NCBI GenBank assembly: GCA_903905685.1
Contig: CAIVHI010000319.1
Coordinates: 1 to 39,568 of the forward strand
Direction: 5' to 3'
Source of the DNA: an uncultured Bacteroidota bacterium
GTDB lineage: Bacteria > Bacteroidota > Bacteroidia > Chitinophagales > Chitinophagaceae
Length of the DNA stretch: 39,568 nucleotides
Numbering within the stretch: the first letter of the stretch is position 1; each line of letters begins with the position of its first letter. The notes below the pieces were generated by a model. It searched no databases, had not been told where the DNA came from, and saw only the letters and a program-made list of their open reading frames with translations. The translations under genes and the position numbers were made by a program. Positions 9,319 to 17,702 of this stretch are shown piece by piece.

Positions 9319-10737
9319 CTATCCCAGCAGTTCCGGCCGCTCCAGGTATACCTTCCTTACAAATTCACCAAAAAGCGTATTGGCCCAAGCAAACCACGGG
9401 CGGGAATAGGTGGCGGCATCGTCTTTATGGAACGATTCGTGCATGAAGCCGGTGCCGGCGTGGGTGGCTTGCAGCATGTCGAGGCACTGGTGAACTTCAG
9501 ACGGCGTCTCGGCAGTGATGCCGCGCATAATGATTCCCAAGGGCCAAATTCGGTCCATACCGGCATGGGGGCCGCCAATGCCCTCGGCGGCCTTGCCTTT
9601 AAAGAAGAACGGGTTGTCTTCACTCAGCACCAGCTTGCGGGTATTGTGGTAAATGGGGTCTATGGCCATATCGGGAATGAGGTAGGGTAACGACAGCAGG
9701 GAGGGCACATTGGCATCGTCCATCAGGTTGTAGCTACCCATGCCGTTGGTTTCGTAGGCATATACCGCGCCGTAGCGCTCGGAGGGTGCCGTGGCCAGTC
9801 GGTTGAGCGCGCCGCGCACTTCGCTTTGCAGCGCCCTGATGTCGGCCAGCAGGTCGGTGGCAATATAAAGTTCGGCTACCAGCTCCTCCATTTGTTGCAG
9901 ACTGTGGCGGGCAAAGAAATTGGACGGTATAAGATAGGGGAAAATCGTGGCATCGTCGCTGGGGCGGAACATGGAGCAAATCATGCCGTTGGGGCGGACG
10001 GGGTAGCCGTAGCCATCCAATGGCACCGAGTCTGTGGCATATTCCGTCATGCGCTTAAAGCTGTAGGGCCCCTTGCCGCCCATTCGTTGCTGCTCCCTAA
10101 ATGTGCGCACTATAGTTTTGGCCATCTCCAGCCACTCGGCATCAAACGGCGAGCGGTCGGCCGTGGCTTTAAAGTAGTGGTAGGCCAGCCTGATGGGGTA
10201 GCAAAGGCTGTCTACCTCCCATTTGCGCTCGTGAATGCCCGGCTGCATGGCCGTCACGTCATTCTTCCACTCGCTTACCTTGGTAGGGTCTTTATAGAAG
10301 GCATTGGCATAAGGGTCTTTACGCACATAGGCCGACTGCCGGTTGATGACCCCCTTGATGAGCTGCTGCAACGGCTTGTCGGCCTTGCACAGCGCGATAT
10401 AGGGAAACACCTGTGCCGATGAATCGCGCAGCCACATGGCATCTATATCGCCGGTAATGACATAGGTATCGGGTCGGCCGTTTTTATTGGTGAAATCGAC
10501 TGTGGTGTCGAGCGTGTTGGGGAAGCAGTTCTCGAACAGGTAGGCCAATTCCTTGTTGCCGATGCTGTTCTTGATTTCGCGTATCAGGGCTTCAACGGCC
10601 TCGCTTTTAAATTTGCGTTGGCCGTTGGGAATGCGCACCGTAGGAAATGTTGCCGTAGCGGCCTTGGCGAACCCAGGTGCCGCCAAAATGCCGGCCGTAG
10701 CCCAAGCCGACTGCCTAATGAATCTGCGTCTATCCAT
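9319..10737 (-). CDS. GH125 exo-alpha-1,6-mannosidase (DUF1237) with Tat-type signal peptide
   Basis: MDRRRFIR leader from ATG 10737; FENCFPNTLDTT, ITGDIDAMWLRDS, ERKWEVDSL, MDDANVPSLL, RPWFAWAN. Confidence 0.93.
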   Translation of the reverse strand: MDRRRFIRQSAWATAGILAAPGFAKAATATFPTVRIPNGQRKFKSEAVEALIREIKNSIGNKELAYLFENCFPNTLDTTVDFTNKNGRPDTYVITGDIDAMWLRDSSAQVFPYIALCKADKPLQQLIKGVINRQSAYVRKDPYANAFYKDPTKVSEWKNDVTAMQPGIHERKWEVDSLCYPIRLAYHYFKATADRSPFDAEWLEMAKTIVRTFREQQRMGGKGPYSFKRMTEYATDSVPLDGYGYPVRPNGMICSMFRPSDDATIFPYLIPSNFFARHSLQQMEELVAELYIATDLLADIRALQSEVRGALNRLATAPSERYGAVYAYETNGMGSYNLMDDANVPSLLSLPYLIPDMAIDPIYHNTRKLVLSEDNPFFFKGKAAEGIGGPHAGMDRIWPLGIIMRGITAETPSEVHQCLDMLQATHAGTGFMHESFHKDDAATYSRPWFAWANTLFGEFVRKVYLERPELLG

Positions 10738-10835
10738 AATGAACGTTGAAATTGCAAAGTAGCAAAAAGGGGCGAAGGACGCTGCGCTTGAGGGTGAAAG
10801 CGGAGTTAGGAGTGCGGCATGTGTGTGGCTGGTGC

Positions 10836-10860
10836 GTAGGGGTGAACCGGTGCTTCGCCC
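10836..10860 (+). repeat. Single GTAG-type REP-like hairpin
   Basis: GTAG-GGGTGAA-CCGGTGC-TTCGCCC: GTAG tetranucleotide at the foot of an imperfect GC-rich hairpin; only one copy seen. Confidence 0.35.
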
Positions 10861-10987
10861 GTTCCGGTGATGCTGCCGCAGGTACATGGTAAAATTAACC
10901 GGGCTTCCAGCCTGGGCATAATTCCATAGCTGGACACCTTCCTTTTAAGGCTGGTGACGATGTCTCCAGGTAGACACAAATTCCCCA

Positions 10988-11494
10988 CTACTCCAACGTT
11001 ATTTCCGCCTCAAACTGCAAATGCATTCTGTACTGGCGCTTGAAAATCTCCCTTATCTCTTTGTCAGACCCGTGAAAGTGGGGAGAGGGATGCTTGGAAT
11101 TTGCGACGATTGCTTTCCTTTTTTTGAAGCCGAAATAATATTCAGGTATTTCCAAAAGCATCCGCTTTACTGTGGCTTCTATTTGCCCCAGTCCTTCAGA
11201 TTTCCAATCCGCCCGCTTGGTCTTCAATTCCACAAACACCAGCCTATCCTCATATTGTAACATGGCGTCGCACCTGCTTTCCATCTCGCCGTTATCCCTG
11301 CAAATGTCGATACAGTTATCTATCGCGGTAAATTGAATGGTCTTCGGCGGCGAGGCGTTAACAACGGTCGCAATCCATTTTTCGCTATGGTCAATATTCA
11401 AGAATGCCGGACTTTTGTCGTCCCTATCACAAATGCCGAACCGCATTTCACTCGTAGTACACCTACATTCCGATTGAAAGAAATCAACCTTCAT
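10988..11494 (-). CDS. Small hypothetical protein, putative PD-(D/E)xK-fold nuclease
   Basis: RCDAMLQYEDRLVFVELKT (D...ExK) followed by helix SEGLGQIEAT; start overlaps the upstream ATPase gene end by 11 nt. Confidence 0.65.
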   Translation of the reverse strand: MKVDFFQSECRCTTSEMRFGICDRDDKSPAFLNIDHSEKWIATVVNASPPKTIQFTAIDNCIDICRDNGEMESRCDAMLQYEDRLVFVELKTKRADWKSEGLGQIEATVKRMLLEIPEYYFGFKKRKAIVANSKHPSPHFHGSDKEIREIFKRQYRMHLQFEAEITLE

Positions 11495-12704
11495 TTTCTT
11501 CTTGAATTTCTAAGAGTTGGTCATAAAGTTGGTTGGTATCGGCGAGCGATTGGTTCAGGTAATTTTTATCCGACGGAATTCCGTAATAGTCGGGGAGTTT
11601 CCTGATAGTCCCACCTTTTTCGTCAAATTCATAAATCACTACGTCATCAGGGTTCGTCATAGACATCGGTGCCACAATGGCATCCAACTTTTCTCGGAGT
11701 AGGTCTGATTTCAGTTCCCCATTTACCTGAAAAGCCTTGATCGACAAGGTGAGGTAGTCTATCATATAGGGACTATGCGTTGTCACCACCAACTGGTTCC
11801 AGGGCAGCAAGTGGTTGAACTGTAGCAAGCTGTACAGTATTTCCTTTTGGGAGGTCGGAAATAGGTTCTGTTCCGGTTCTTCCACGATATTGACGAAGCG
11901 TTTACTGTGGTATTTGGAATAAATCAAGGCTTTCCGTTGATTCCGTTCTTGCTTCGAAAGCCCGGAATCCAAATCGACCCTATCGATTTCCTGTTCCCGT
12001 CTAATCCGATATTCGGGCGATAATTCGGCTAGTTCGGGCACATGCTCAAAATGTACTTTCATAGCCAAATATCTGGTCACAAGGTAAAGGGGCACCAAGG
12101 ACTGGAACCCGCTGGAAGCAGTCAGCAAACTCAGATTCTTAAAGTCGCTGCCCGACAGGAAGGAACGTGAATCTTTATACTCATAAACCGTATTGCCAAG
12201 CGGCAATTCCAAAGCAAGTCCGTTCAAGCCATTTTGCGCCCTAATCAGCTCACGTGCAAAGGTGTCGAGCGGCCCAGGGAGGCCGGAAATGCCGAAGGAT
12301 TCCTTTATGGTGCTCAGGAAATTCCTTTCCGAAGGCACATACATTATTTTGGGCACGAGATAATCATGCCCGTCCGACTCCTTGGCATAATACCCTAATG
12401 CCTCACTGGCGCTGATAAAATATTTCTCTCCCCAATATTCAATAACGGTATCTTTTTTCCAATACTCCCTAATACCCTGCCATTCCAATTTATTTAGAAA
12501 GTCTTCTACATAAGTAATTTTAAAATCCCCCCTGTTTAACGCCTTCTCCATCCAAATAAACATCGAAATCAGCTTAGCCACGGTACTCTTGCCGCTGCCT
12601 TGATTGCCAATGAAGACGGTCACCTTTTTGATGTCGAGCCAGCCGCCGTTCTCCAAACAGCCTTCCTTGATGGGGCCGAAATTCTTGATTTTGATCTTGC
12701 TCAT
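11484..12704 (-). CDS. ABC-superfamily ATPase (AAA_15/AAA_21-like, defence-associated type)
   Basis: IKNFGPI strand, Walker A GNQGSGKST, YVPSER, signature SSGFQS, Walker B/D-loop NIVEEPEQNLFP, H-loop TTHSPY; no TM segments and no C-terminal TOPRIM. Confidence 0.88.
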   Translation of the reverse strand: MSKIKIKNFGPIKEGCLENGGWLDIKKVTVFIGNQGSGKSTVAKLISMFIWMEKALNRGDFKITYVEDFLNKLEWQGIREYWKKDTVIEYWGEKYFISASEALGYYAKESDGHDYLVPKIMYVPSERNFLSTIKESFGISGLPGPLDTFARELIRAQNGLNGLALELPLGNTVYEYKDSRSFLSGSDFKNLSLLTASSGFQSLVPLYLVTRYLAMKVHFEHVPELAELSPEYRIRREQEIDRVDLDSGLSKQERNQRKALIYSKYHSKRFVNIVEEPEQNLFPTSQKEILYSLLQFNHLLPWNQLVVTTHSPYMIDYLTLSIKAFQVNGELKSDLLREKLDAIVAPMSMTNPDDVVIYEFDEKGGTIRKLPDYYGIPSDKNYLNQSLADTNQLYDQLLEIQEENEG

Positions 12705-12855
12705 TGCCGGTCAAATTTACCGCTTTAGCCAAATATGCTCCCCAATAAATTCTTGGCCACATTCCGCGCCGCCTGGCTTTGGGTCATTTCAGACGATGCG
12801 AAAATTTGCCATGCGAACCCTGGGGCAAAAAAGTAGACAATACACTAAATATATT

Positions 12856-12930
12856 TTCGGCAGTCAGTTACTGCCGAATTGAAAGGCATTTTCTCATGCT
12901 TCAAACCGGGGTTTAACAAACCCCGGTTTG
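12856..12930. repeat. Two adjacent perfect inverted repeats (9 bp and 13 bp arms)
   Basis: TTCGGCAGT-CAGTT-ACTGCCGAA (12856-12878) and CAAACCGGGGTTT-AAC-AAACCCCGGTTTG (12902-12930). Confidence 0.7.
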
Positions 12931-13224
12931 GCGGAACATCGACTAAATTTTTATACCCACCAATTTGCAGCTACCTGCGCAAAAATTGCCCACCTCCCAA
13001 TTGCACAAACACCGCTTGCGCAATTGCCAACCCACGCCATTAGCGGGTGGCCATTATACGCCAACCCATTTCTCAACTAACCTCGTAGTTTTGTAAAACC
13101 CCACTACCTACGAAAAACGGGCGTGACCAGTGCACCCTGCCGACAAACTAAATAGGACAATATCACAGGCAGGGCGATAAAAATGGCATCAATAAATCCC
13201 GGACACTCTAACAAAGCAATACGG

Positions 13225-13440
13225 ATGAGCGAAGCGGTAATGAACAGCCTGCCTGAAAAGCAATTTTTTACTGAGCTTGCGGTGCTCATTAATGAAAGTA
13301 GCAAATGAGTAGCATAAACGGTCAATTCAACACTAACACTGTTGTGTTGGAAAATCGGCACCGGAATAAATCGGGATAGCCTAAAAAGTGGAAGGGCGGA
13401 GTATGGTAAAAGATTGTCGTTTTGTAGACACGGCTGCACT
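13225..13440 (+). pseudogene. Remnant of DUF1016/YhcG N-terminal domain
   Basis: Reading through stops at 13306 and 13315 gives EKQFFTELAVLINESSK*VA*TVNSTLTLLCWKIGTGINRDSLKSGRAEYGK, then frameshifted KIVVL; matches the VN..L..LxW.IG..I...RAEYGK.IV pattern. Confidence 0.72.
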
Positions 13441-13536
13441 CCCTATTTTCCCCCACTATAGGAAATTTCACAAGGCTATGGATATATTTGTAGATGCATG
13501 GCCACACTCCGTGCCCGCTTGAAAATCGATAGCCGA

Positions 13537-15783
13537 ATGAAACCATTGAAAAAGCTCCTTTATGCCGCCACTTTTTTCATCATTTGTTCGTTTGCCGTGG
13601 GCAAGGCAGAGCACTTGGTGCGCAATGTAAATCCGTTCATTGGCACGGGCGGACATGGGCATTGCTACCCGGGTGCTACGGTGCCGTTTGGGATGGTGCA
13701 AATAAGTCCGGACAACGGCACCGAGGGTTGGGACTGGTGCAGCGGCTACAACTATGGCGATTCCATGATAGCCGGCTTCAGCCATATGCACCTCAGCGGC
13801 ACGGGGGTGGGCGAGTGGTGCGACATATCGGTGATGCCCAATCCCGGGCTCATTCCCGATACGGGCAAGTTTTTCCGCGTCAAGTTCAGCCATGAAAACG
13901 AGGTGGCATTTCCCGGCTACTACAGCGTCATCATGAACAACGGCGTGCAGGCATCGTTCACGGCCACCGAGCGTTGCGCGTTCCATAAGTATTTCTTTCC
14001 CGTAGCCTCCACGCCCGTCATCAAGTTCAACTTGGGCTTCAGCATCAACTACGACAGCACTACCGAGACCTACTTCACCAAGGTAGACGACAGCACCTTT
14101 ATGGGCTATCGCTATTCCACCGGCTGGGCCAAAGCACAGCGGGTCTACTTCGCCGTCAAGACGTCCGAACCCATAGTGAAAGCCTTCATTTACGATGAAG
14201 GTACTCCCGCCATCAACAACTCCATGAGGGGGCATTATGTGAAGAGCCAATTGGTTTTCAAAGACTTGCAGGGTAAACCTTTGATGATGAAGGTCGCGCT
14301 GTCTACGGTGAGTCCGCAACGGGCATTGGTGACCCTGAAAGAAATTTCGGATTGGGGGTCGTTCGATGAAGTTCGAAAGACGGCTGAAAACGCTTGGGAA
14401 AAGGAGATGTCCAAAATTACCGTAAAAGGCAGCGACGACCGCTTGAAGCGCATCTTCTACACCGCCCTCTACCACACATGCATGGCGCCGGTGCTTTACT
14501 CGGATGCCGACGGGGTGTATAAAAACGCCAACGACAGCACCTTCAAAACCGCATCGGGCCAACGATATACTGTGTTCTCGCTGTGGGACACCTTCCGCGG
14601 CCTCAATCCGCTGTTCACCCTCACCCAAGGCCGCCGCAACACCGATATCCTCAACAGTATGCTGGCATTCTGCAATGAAAACGGCGAACTGCCCGTTTGG
14701 GACTTGAGCACTTGGGAGACGGGCTGCATGAGCGGCTACCACGCAGTGCCCGTACTGGCCGATGCCGTGCTTAAAAGCACGCCCGGCCTCGACCCCGAGA
14801 AAGCCTATGCGGCCATGAAAATCAGCGCATTCCAAAAAATTCGCGGCACGCAGGACTACATCAAGTATGGCTACCTGCCCCAAGACAAGGGCGGCTATAG
14901 CGTAACCATCACTTTGGAATATGCCTACGACGACTGGTGCATTGCCCAAGTGGCCAAGAAGTTGGGCTATCGCGACGACTATGAAATGTTCATGAAGCGC
15001 TCTGCAGCCTACCGCCTGCTGTTCGATAGGAAGACCGGCTTCATCCGTGCCAAGAATGCCGATGGTAAGTTTACAGAGCCCTTCAACCCCTATTTCTCGT
15101 CGGTAGACGAGAGCAAGGCCATGTACGAGGAAGGCAATGCTTGGCAATACACCTTCTTCGTGCCCCACGATGTGCAGGGGTTGGCGCGCATGATGGGTGG
15201 TAAGGACAAATTCATCGAGAAGCTCGACTCCCTGTTTACCGTGCCCTCGCAAGCTGAGGGCGAGCAGAGCCCGCCCGACATCAGCGGGCTGATAGGCCAG
15301 TATGCGCACGGCAACGAGCCCAGCCACCACATTGCCTACCTCTACAGCTTTATAGGTGCCCCTTGGAAAACGCAGGAAAAAATCCGCATGATAGTGGATT
15401 CCATGTATCACGACAATCCGCAGGCGGGCTATGCCGGCAATGAAGATTGTGGGCAAATGAGCGCATGGGCGGTTTGGAGCATGATGGGCTTTTATCCTGC
15501 AAATCCGGCCAGTGGCGAGTATGTATTCGGCACCCCCATGTTCGAGGAAATCTCCATCAATCTGGGTAATGGCCGCACCTTCAAGGTGACGGCTACGAAT
15601 TTCGGTAAAAACAAACCCTACATCAAGAGCGTGAAGCTGAATGGGATGCCCTACACCAAATCCTACATCCGTCATGCCGACATGGTGACCGGGGGCAAGT
15701 TGGAATTCGAAATGAGCGACAAGCCCAACAAGGCGTTTGGCGCCAAGCCCGAAGATTGGCCGTATTCGGCATCGGCACTGTAG
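13537..15783 (+). CDS. GH92 alpha-mannosidase, secreted
   Basis: VNPFIGTGGHGHCYPGATVPFGMVQISPD, FSLWDTFR, EGNAWQYTFFVPHD, QYAHGNEPSHH, GNEDCGQMSAW; signal peptide; alternative start at 13498. Confidence 0.95.
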   Translation: MKPLKKLLYAATFFIICSFAVGKAEHLVRNVNPFIGTGGHGHCYPGATVPFGMVQISPDNGTEGWDWCSGYNYGDSMIAGFSHMHLSGTGVGEWCDISVMPNPGLIPDTGKFFRVKFSHENEVAFPGYYSVIMNNGVQASFTATERCAFHKYFFPVASTPVIKFNLGFSINYDSTTETYFTKVDDSTFMGYRYSTGWAKAQRVYFAVKTSEPIVKAFIYDEGTPAINNSMRGHYVKSQLVFKDLQGKPLMMKVALSTVSPQRALVTLKEISDWGSFDEVRKTAENAWEKEMSKITVKGSDDRLKRIFYTALYHTCMAPVLYSDADGVYKNANDSTFKTASGQRYTVFSLWDTFRGLNPLFTLTQGRRNTDILNSMLAFCNENGELPVWDLSTWETGCMSGYHAVPVLADAVLKSTPGLDPEKAYAAMKISAFQKIRGTQDYIKYGYLPQDKGGYSVTITLEYAYDDWCIAQVAKKLGYRDDYEMFMKRSAAYRLLFDRKTGFIRAKNADGKFTEPFNPYFSSVDESKAMYEEGNAWQYTFFVPHDVQGLARMMGGKDKFIEKLDSLFTVPSQAEGEQSPPDISGLIGQYAHGNEPSHHIAYLYSFIGAPWKTQEKIRMIVDSMYHDNPQAGYAGNEDCGQMSAWAVWSMMGFYPANPASGEYVFGTPMFEEISINLGNGRTFKVTATNFGKNKPYIKSVKLNGMPYTKSYIRHADMVTGGKLEFEMSDKPNKAFGAKPEDWPYSASAL

Positions 15784-15798
15784 TTTAGGTGCCCGTCA

Positions 15799-16695
15799 CT
15801 ATCGGGTTTTGAAGACTATGGCTGTGTCGTTTTTCAGGAGGTTGGAGAACGACGTACCGGCATCCAAATCGTGCTTCAAGTGGCAGTCAAGCCAGGGTAT
15901 CAGGTATTTGTCGATGAGCTCATGCTGGGCTTCTCGCGTTATTTCGGGTTTGGGTTTGCAGGCGCCCTCGCCAAAGCCGCAGGTCACACTCTTGTCGGCC
16001 ATCAGGCAGTGGCTGCCTCCCTTAATGCCTATGTAGCATTTGGATGGGCTCGCCAAGGCTTCATACATAGGCAGTTGGTGCTTGTCGGGCGGCGTGATGC
16101 AGTCGTTGAGGCCAGCGAAAATCAATGCCGGTATGGCAATTTTTTTTGCTGCCGCAATGGCCGATGGGCCGGTTTCGGCGGGTGCAAGGGTGGCTATGGC
16201 CTTGATTTCGGGATGCCCTGCCGCCGCAAGAAAAGACGAACCGCCACCCATACTATGACCCATAACGCAGGTCATGGTGTCTACATGGCCATAAAGTGGG
16301 GAGCCCGGGTTTCGGCCTTCCTTTTGGAGTTGTTGCAACACAAAAGCCAAGTCTTGCCCTTGAGCATCGTGGTGGGGCGAGAAAGACGCCTCGGTGGTGG
16401 GCAACACCATGATGTAGCCATGAGGCACCACGGCCTCCCAAATGTTTTGGTAGGCATCCCACCGCATCACAAATCCGTGTCCAAAGGCAATTGCGGGTGC
16501 CTTGCCCAGCAAAGTTTTGGAGAAAGCGGTATTGTCGCCGGCAGTCTCGGCGGGGTAATACACCTCGCAAGTCACCTCCCTGTTCTGCCGCGCGGCATCT
16601 ACCATTGTAAGCGATACATGCCCAATGGGGTAGGGCTGTGCAAAAGCCGCGAGACAGCAACAAGCCCCAATCAAGCAGAGTAAAGCCGTTTTCAT
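15799..16695 (-). CDS. Secreted alpha/beta hydrolase (chlorophyllase/cutinase-like)
   Basis: Signal peptide from ATG 16695; nucleophile elbow GHSMGGG, Asp in IFAGLNDCITP, His in IKGGSHC. Confidence 0.85.
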   Translation of the reverse strand: MKTALLCLIGACCCLAAFAQPYPIGHVSLTMVDAARQNREVTCEVYYPAETAGDNTAFSKTLLGKAPAIAFGHGFVMRWDAYQNIWEAVVPHGYIMVLPTTEASFSPHHDAQGQDLAFVLQQLQKEGRNPGSPLYGHVDTMTCVMGHSMGGGSSFLAAAGHPEIKAIATLAPAETGPSAIAAAKKIAIPALIFAGLNDCITPPDKHQLPMYEALASPSKCYIGIKGGSHCLMADKSVTCGFGEGACKPKPEITREAQHELIDKYLIPWLDCHLKHDLDAGTSFSNLLKNDTAIVFKTR

Positions 16696-16799
16696 GAAGG
16701 CAAAATTAATGGATTTGTGGGCGTGGGAGGGCGATGCAATTCGGATTTGATTTGCATGGGTTGAAAAATTATTTCCCATAAGGTCGAGGACATATCCTA

Positions 16800-17060
16800 A
16801 ACCTGCTGTACTATTGGTTGCTTTTAAAAAGGAGGTAAGACCCTTCAAAGACTTTAAAGAAATAGAATGCTCTGGATACGGGTGTATTCATTAAGGTATT
16901 TGGTTGGAAATACATAGAATTCCCATTGCTCAAGATTAAGCGGATCAACTGTTTGCTTAATCTCAGGATGCAGAAGGTAAAGCACATATACATCTGAATA
17001 CCTTTGAGGTTTTCCATCGAAGATGGAGGTGCTGCCGAGGTCGGCATGGAATACAAGTGG
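16800..17060 (-). pseudogene. C-terminal remnant of a conserved hypothetical (probably restriction-endonuclease-like) protein
   Basis: QRYSDVYVLYLLH...DPLNLEQWEFYVFPTKYLNEYTR, then frameshifted KSLKGLTS; recalled resemblance to a KRxxDVYVFCLL...DPLxLxQWEFYV family; no N-terminal half. Confidence 0.45.
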
Positions 17061-17297
17061 GATTATCGCGATAGGGGGTGGGAGCATGAACACAACCGGC
17101 GGGTATGTGGGGCAGCTATTTTTCCCGAGGAGTATTGACCATTTAACAGCATTGCTAAGAAAATACGGGGTGTCAGGATTAGCCTCCCTTTCAGAACGCT
17201 AACGGCGGTTACGCCCAACGATAATTGTTTGTCCAAGTCGCTATCCTAAGCCCCCAAAAAACACACCATCTAAATTGTTACGTTCAAAATGTTTCCT

Positions 17298-17305
17298 TAC
17301 CTTTG
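17298..17305 (+). promoter_or_regulatory. Bacteroidota -7 promoter element of rpmE2
   Basis: TACCTTTG(C) matches TAnnTTTG, 46 nt upstream of the start codon. Confidence 0.7.
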
Positions 17306-17351
17306 CGCCTCAAAAAATGCATGGCGACTTCCATGCGCTAAAAAGATTTTT

Positions 17352-17621
17352 ATGAAAAAAGGGCTTCATCCTGAAAGTTACCGAATGGTCATCTTCAAAG
17401 ATACCTCCAACGATTATACCTTTTTGACGCGCTCCTGCGCTGCTTCCCGCGAAAAAATGGTTTGGGAAGATGGCAACGAGTATCCCGTCATCAAAGTGGA
17501 AATCTCCAACACTTCGCACCCCTTCTATACCGGTAAATCGATGTTCGTGGATACTGCGGGCCGCATCGAAAAATTCCGCAAACGCTACGAGAAAAGAGAC
17601 ATCGTCAAGGGCAAAGAATAA
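17352..17621 (+). CDS. rpmE2: 50S ribosomal protein L31 type B
   Basis: [39 protein letters not shown]; no CxxC pairs. Confidence 0.96.
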   Translation: MKKGLHPESYRMVIFKDTSNDYTFLTRSCAASREKMVWEDGNEYPVIKVEISNTSHPFYTGKSMFVDTAGRIEKFRKRYEKRDIVKGKE

Positions 17622-17645
17622 TCTGCTCCACATTGACATTACGTC

Positions 17646-17676
17646 AAAAAATCCCGACTTTTGTCGGGATTTTTTT
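17646..17676 (+). terminator. Intrinsic terminator after rpmE2
   Basis: AAAAAATCCCGAC-TTTT-GTCGGGATTTTTTT. Confidence 0.85.
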
Positions 17677-17702
17677 ATTAACATAAAAATATCATCAACA
17701 AT

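Noticed and set aside
12955..13050. CRISPR-like or IS605-end-like repeats
   Set aside because: Only short degenerate words recur; no conserved repeat-spacer period, cas gene or tnpA/tnpB
10988..13200. Retron or Septu interpretation of the ATPase cassette plus upstream hairpins
   Set aside because: No reverse transcriptase in the window and the partner lacks HNH motifs
13306..13317. Stop-codon reassignment or readthrough suggested by in-frame stops
   Set aside because: TGA, TAA and TAG all end intact genes here, and the fragment is also frameshifted and truncated, so decay explains it
10981..13460. CCCCACTA words near both ends of the insert as a target-site duplication
   Set aside because: Only about 8 nt, also present internally near 13100; chance is likely
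13468..15675. 735 aa minus-strand ORF
   Set aside because: Antisense shadow of GH92, explained by codon bias; no recognisable domain
17086..17202. 38 aa plus-strand small ORF (MNTTGGYVGQ...)
   Set aside because: No motif or promoter support
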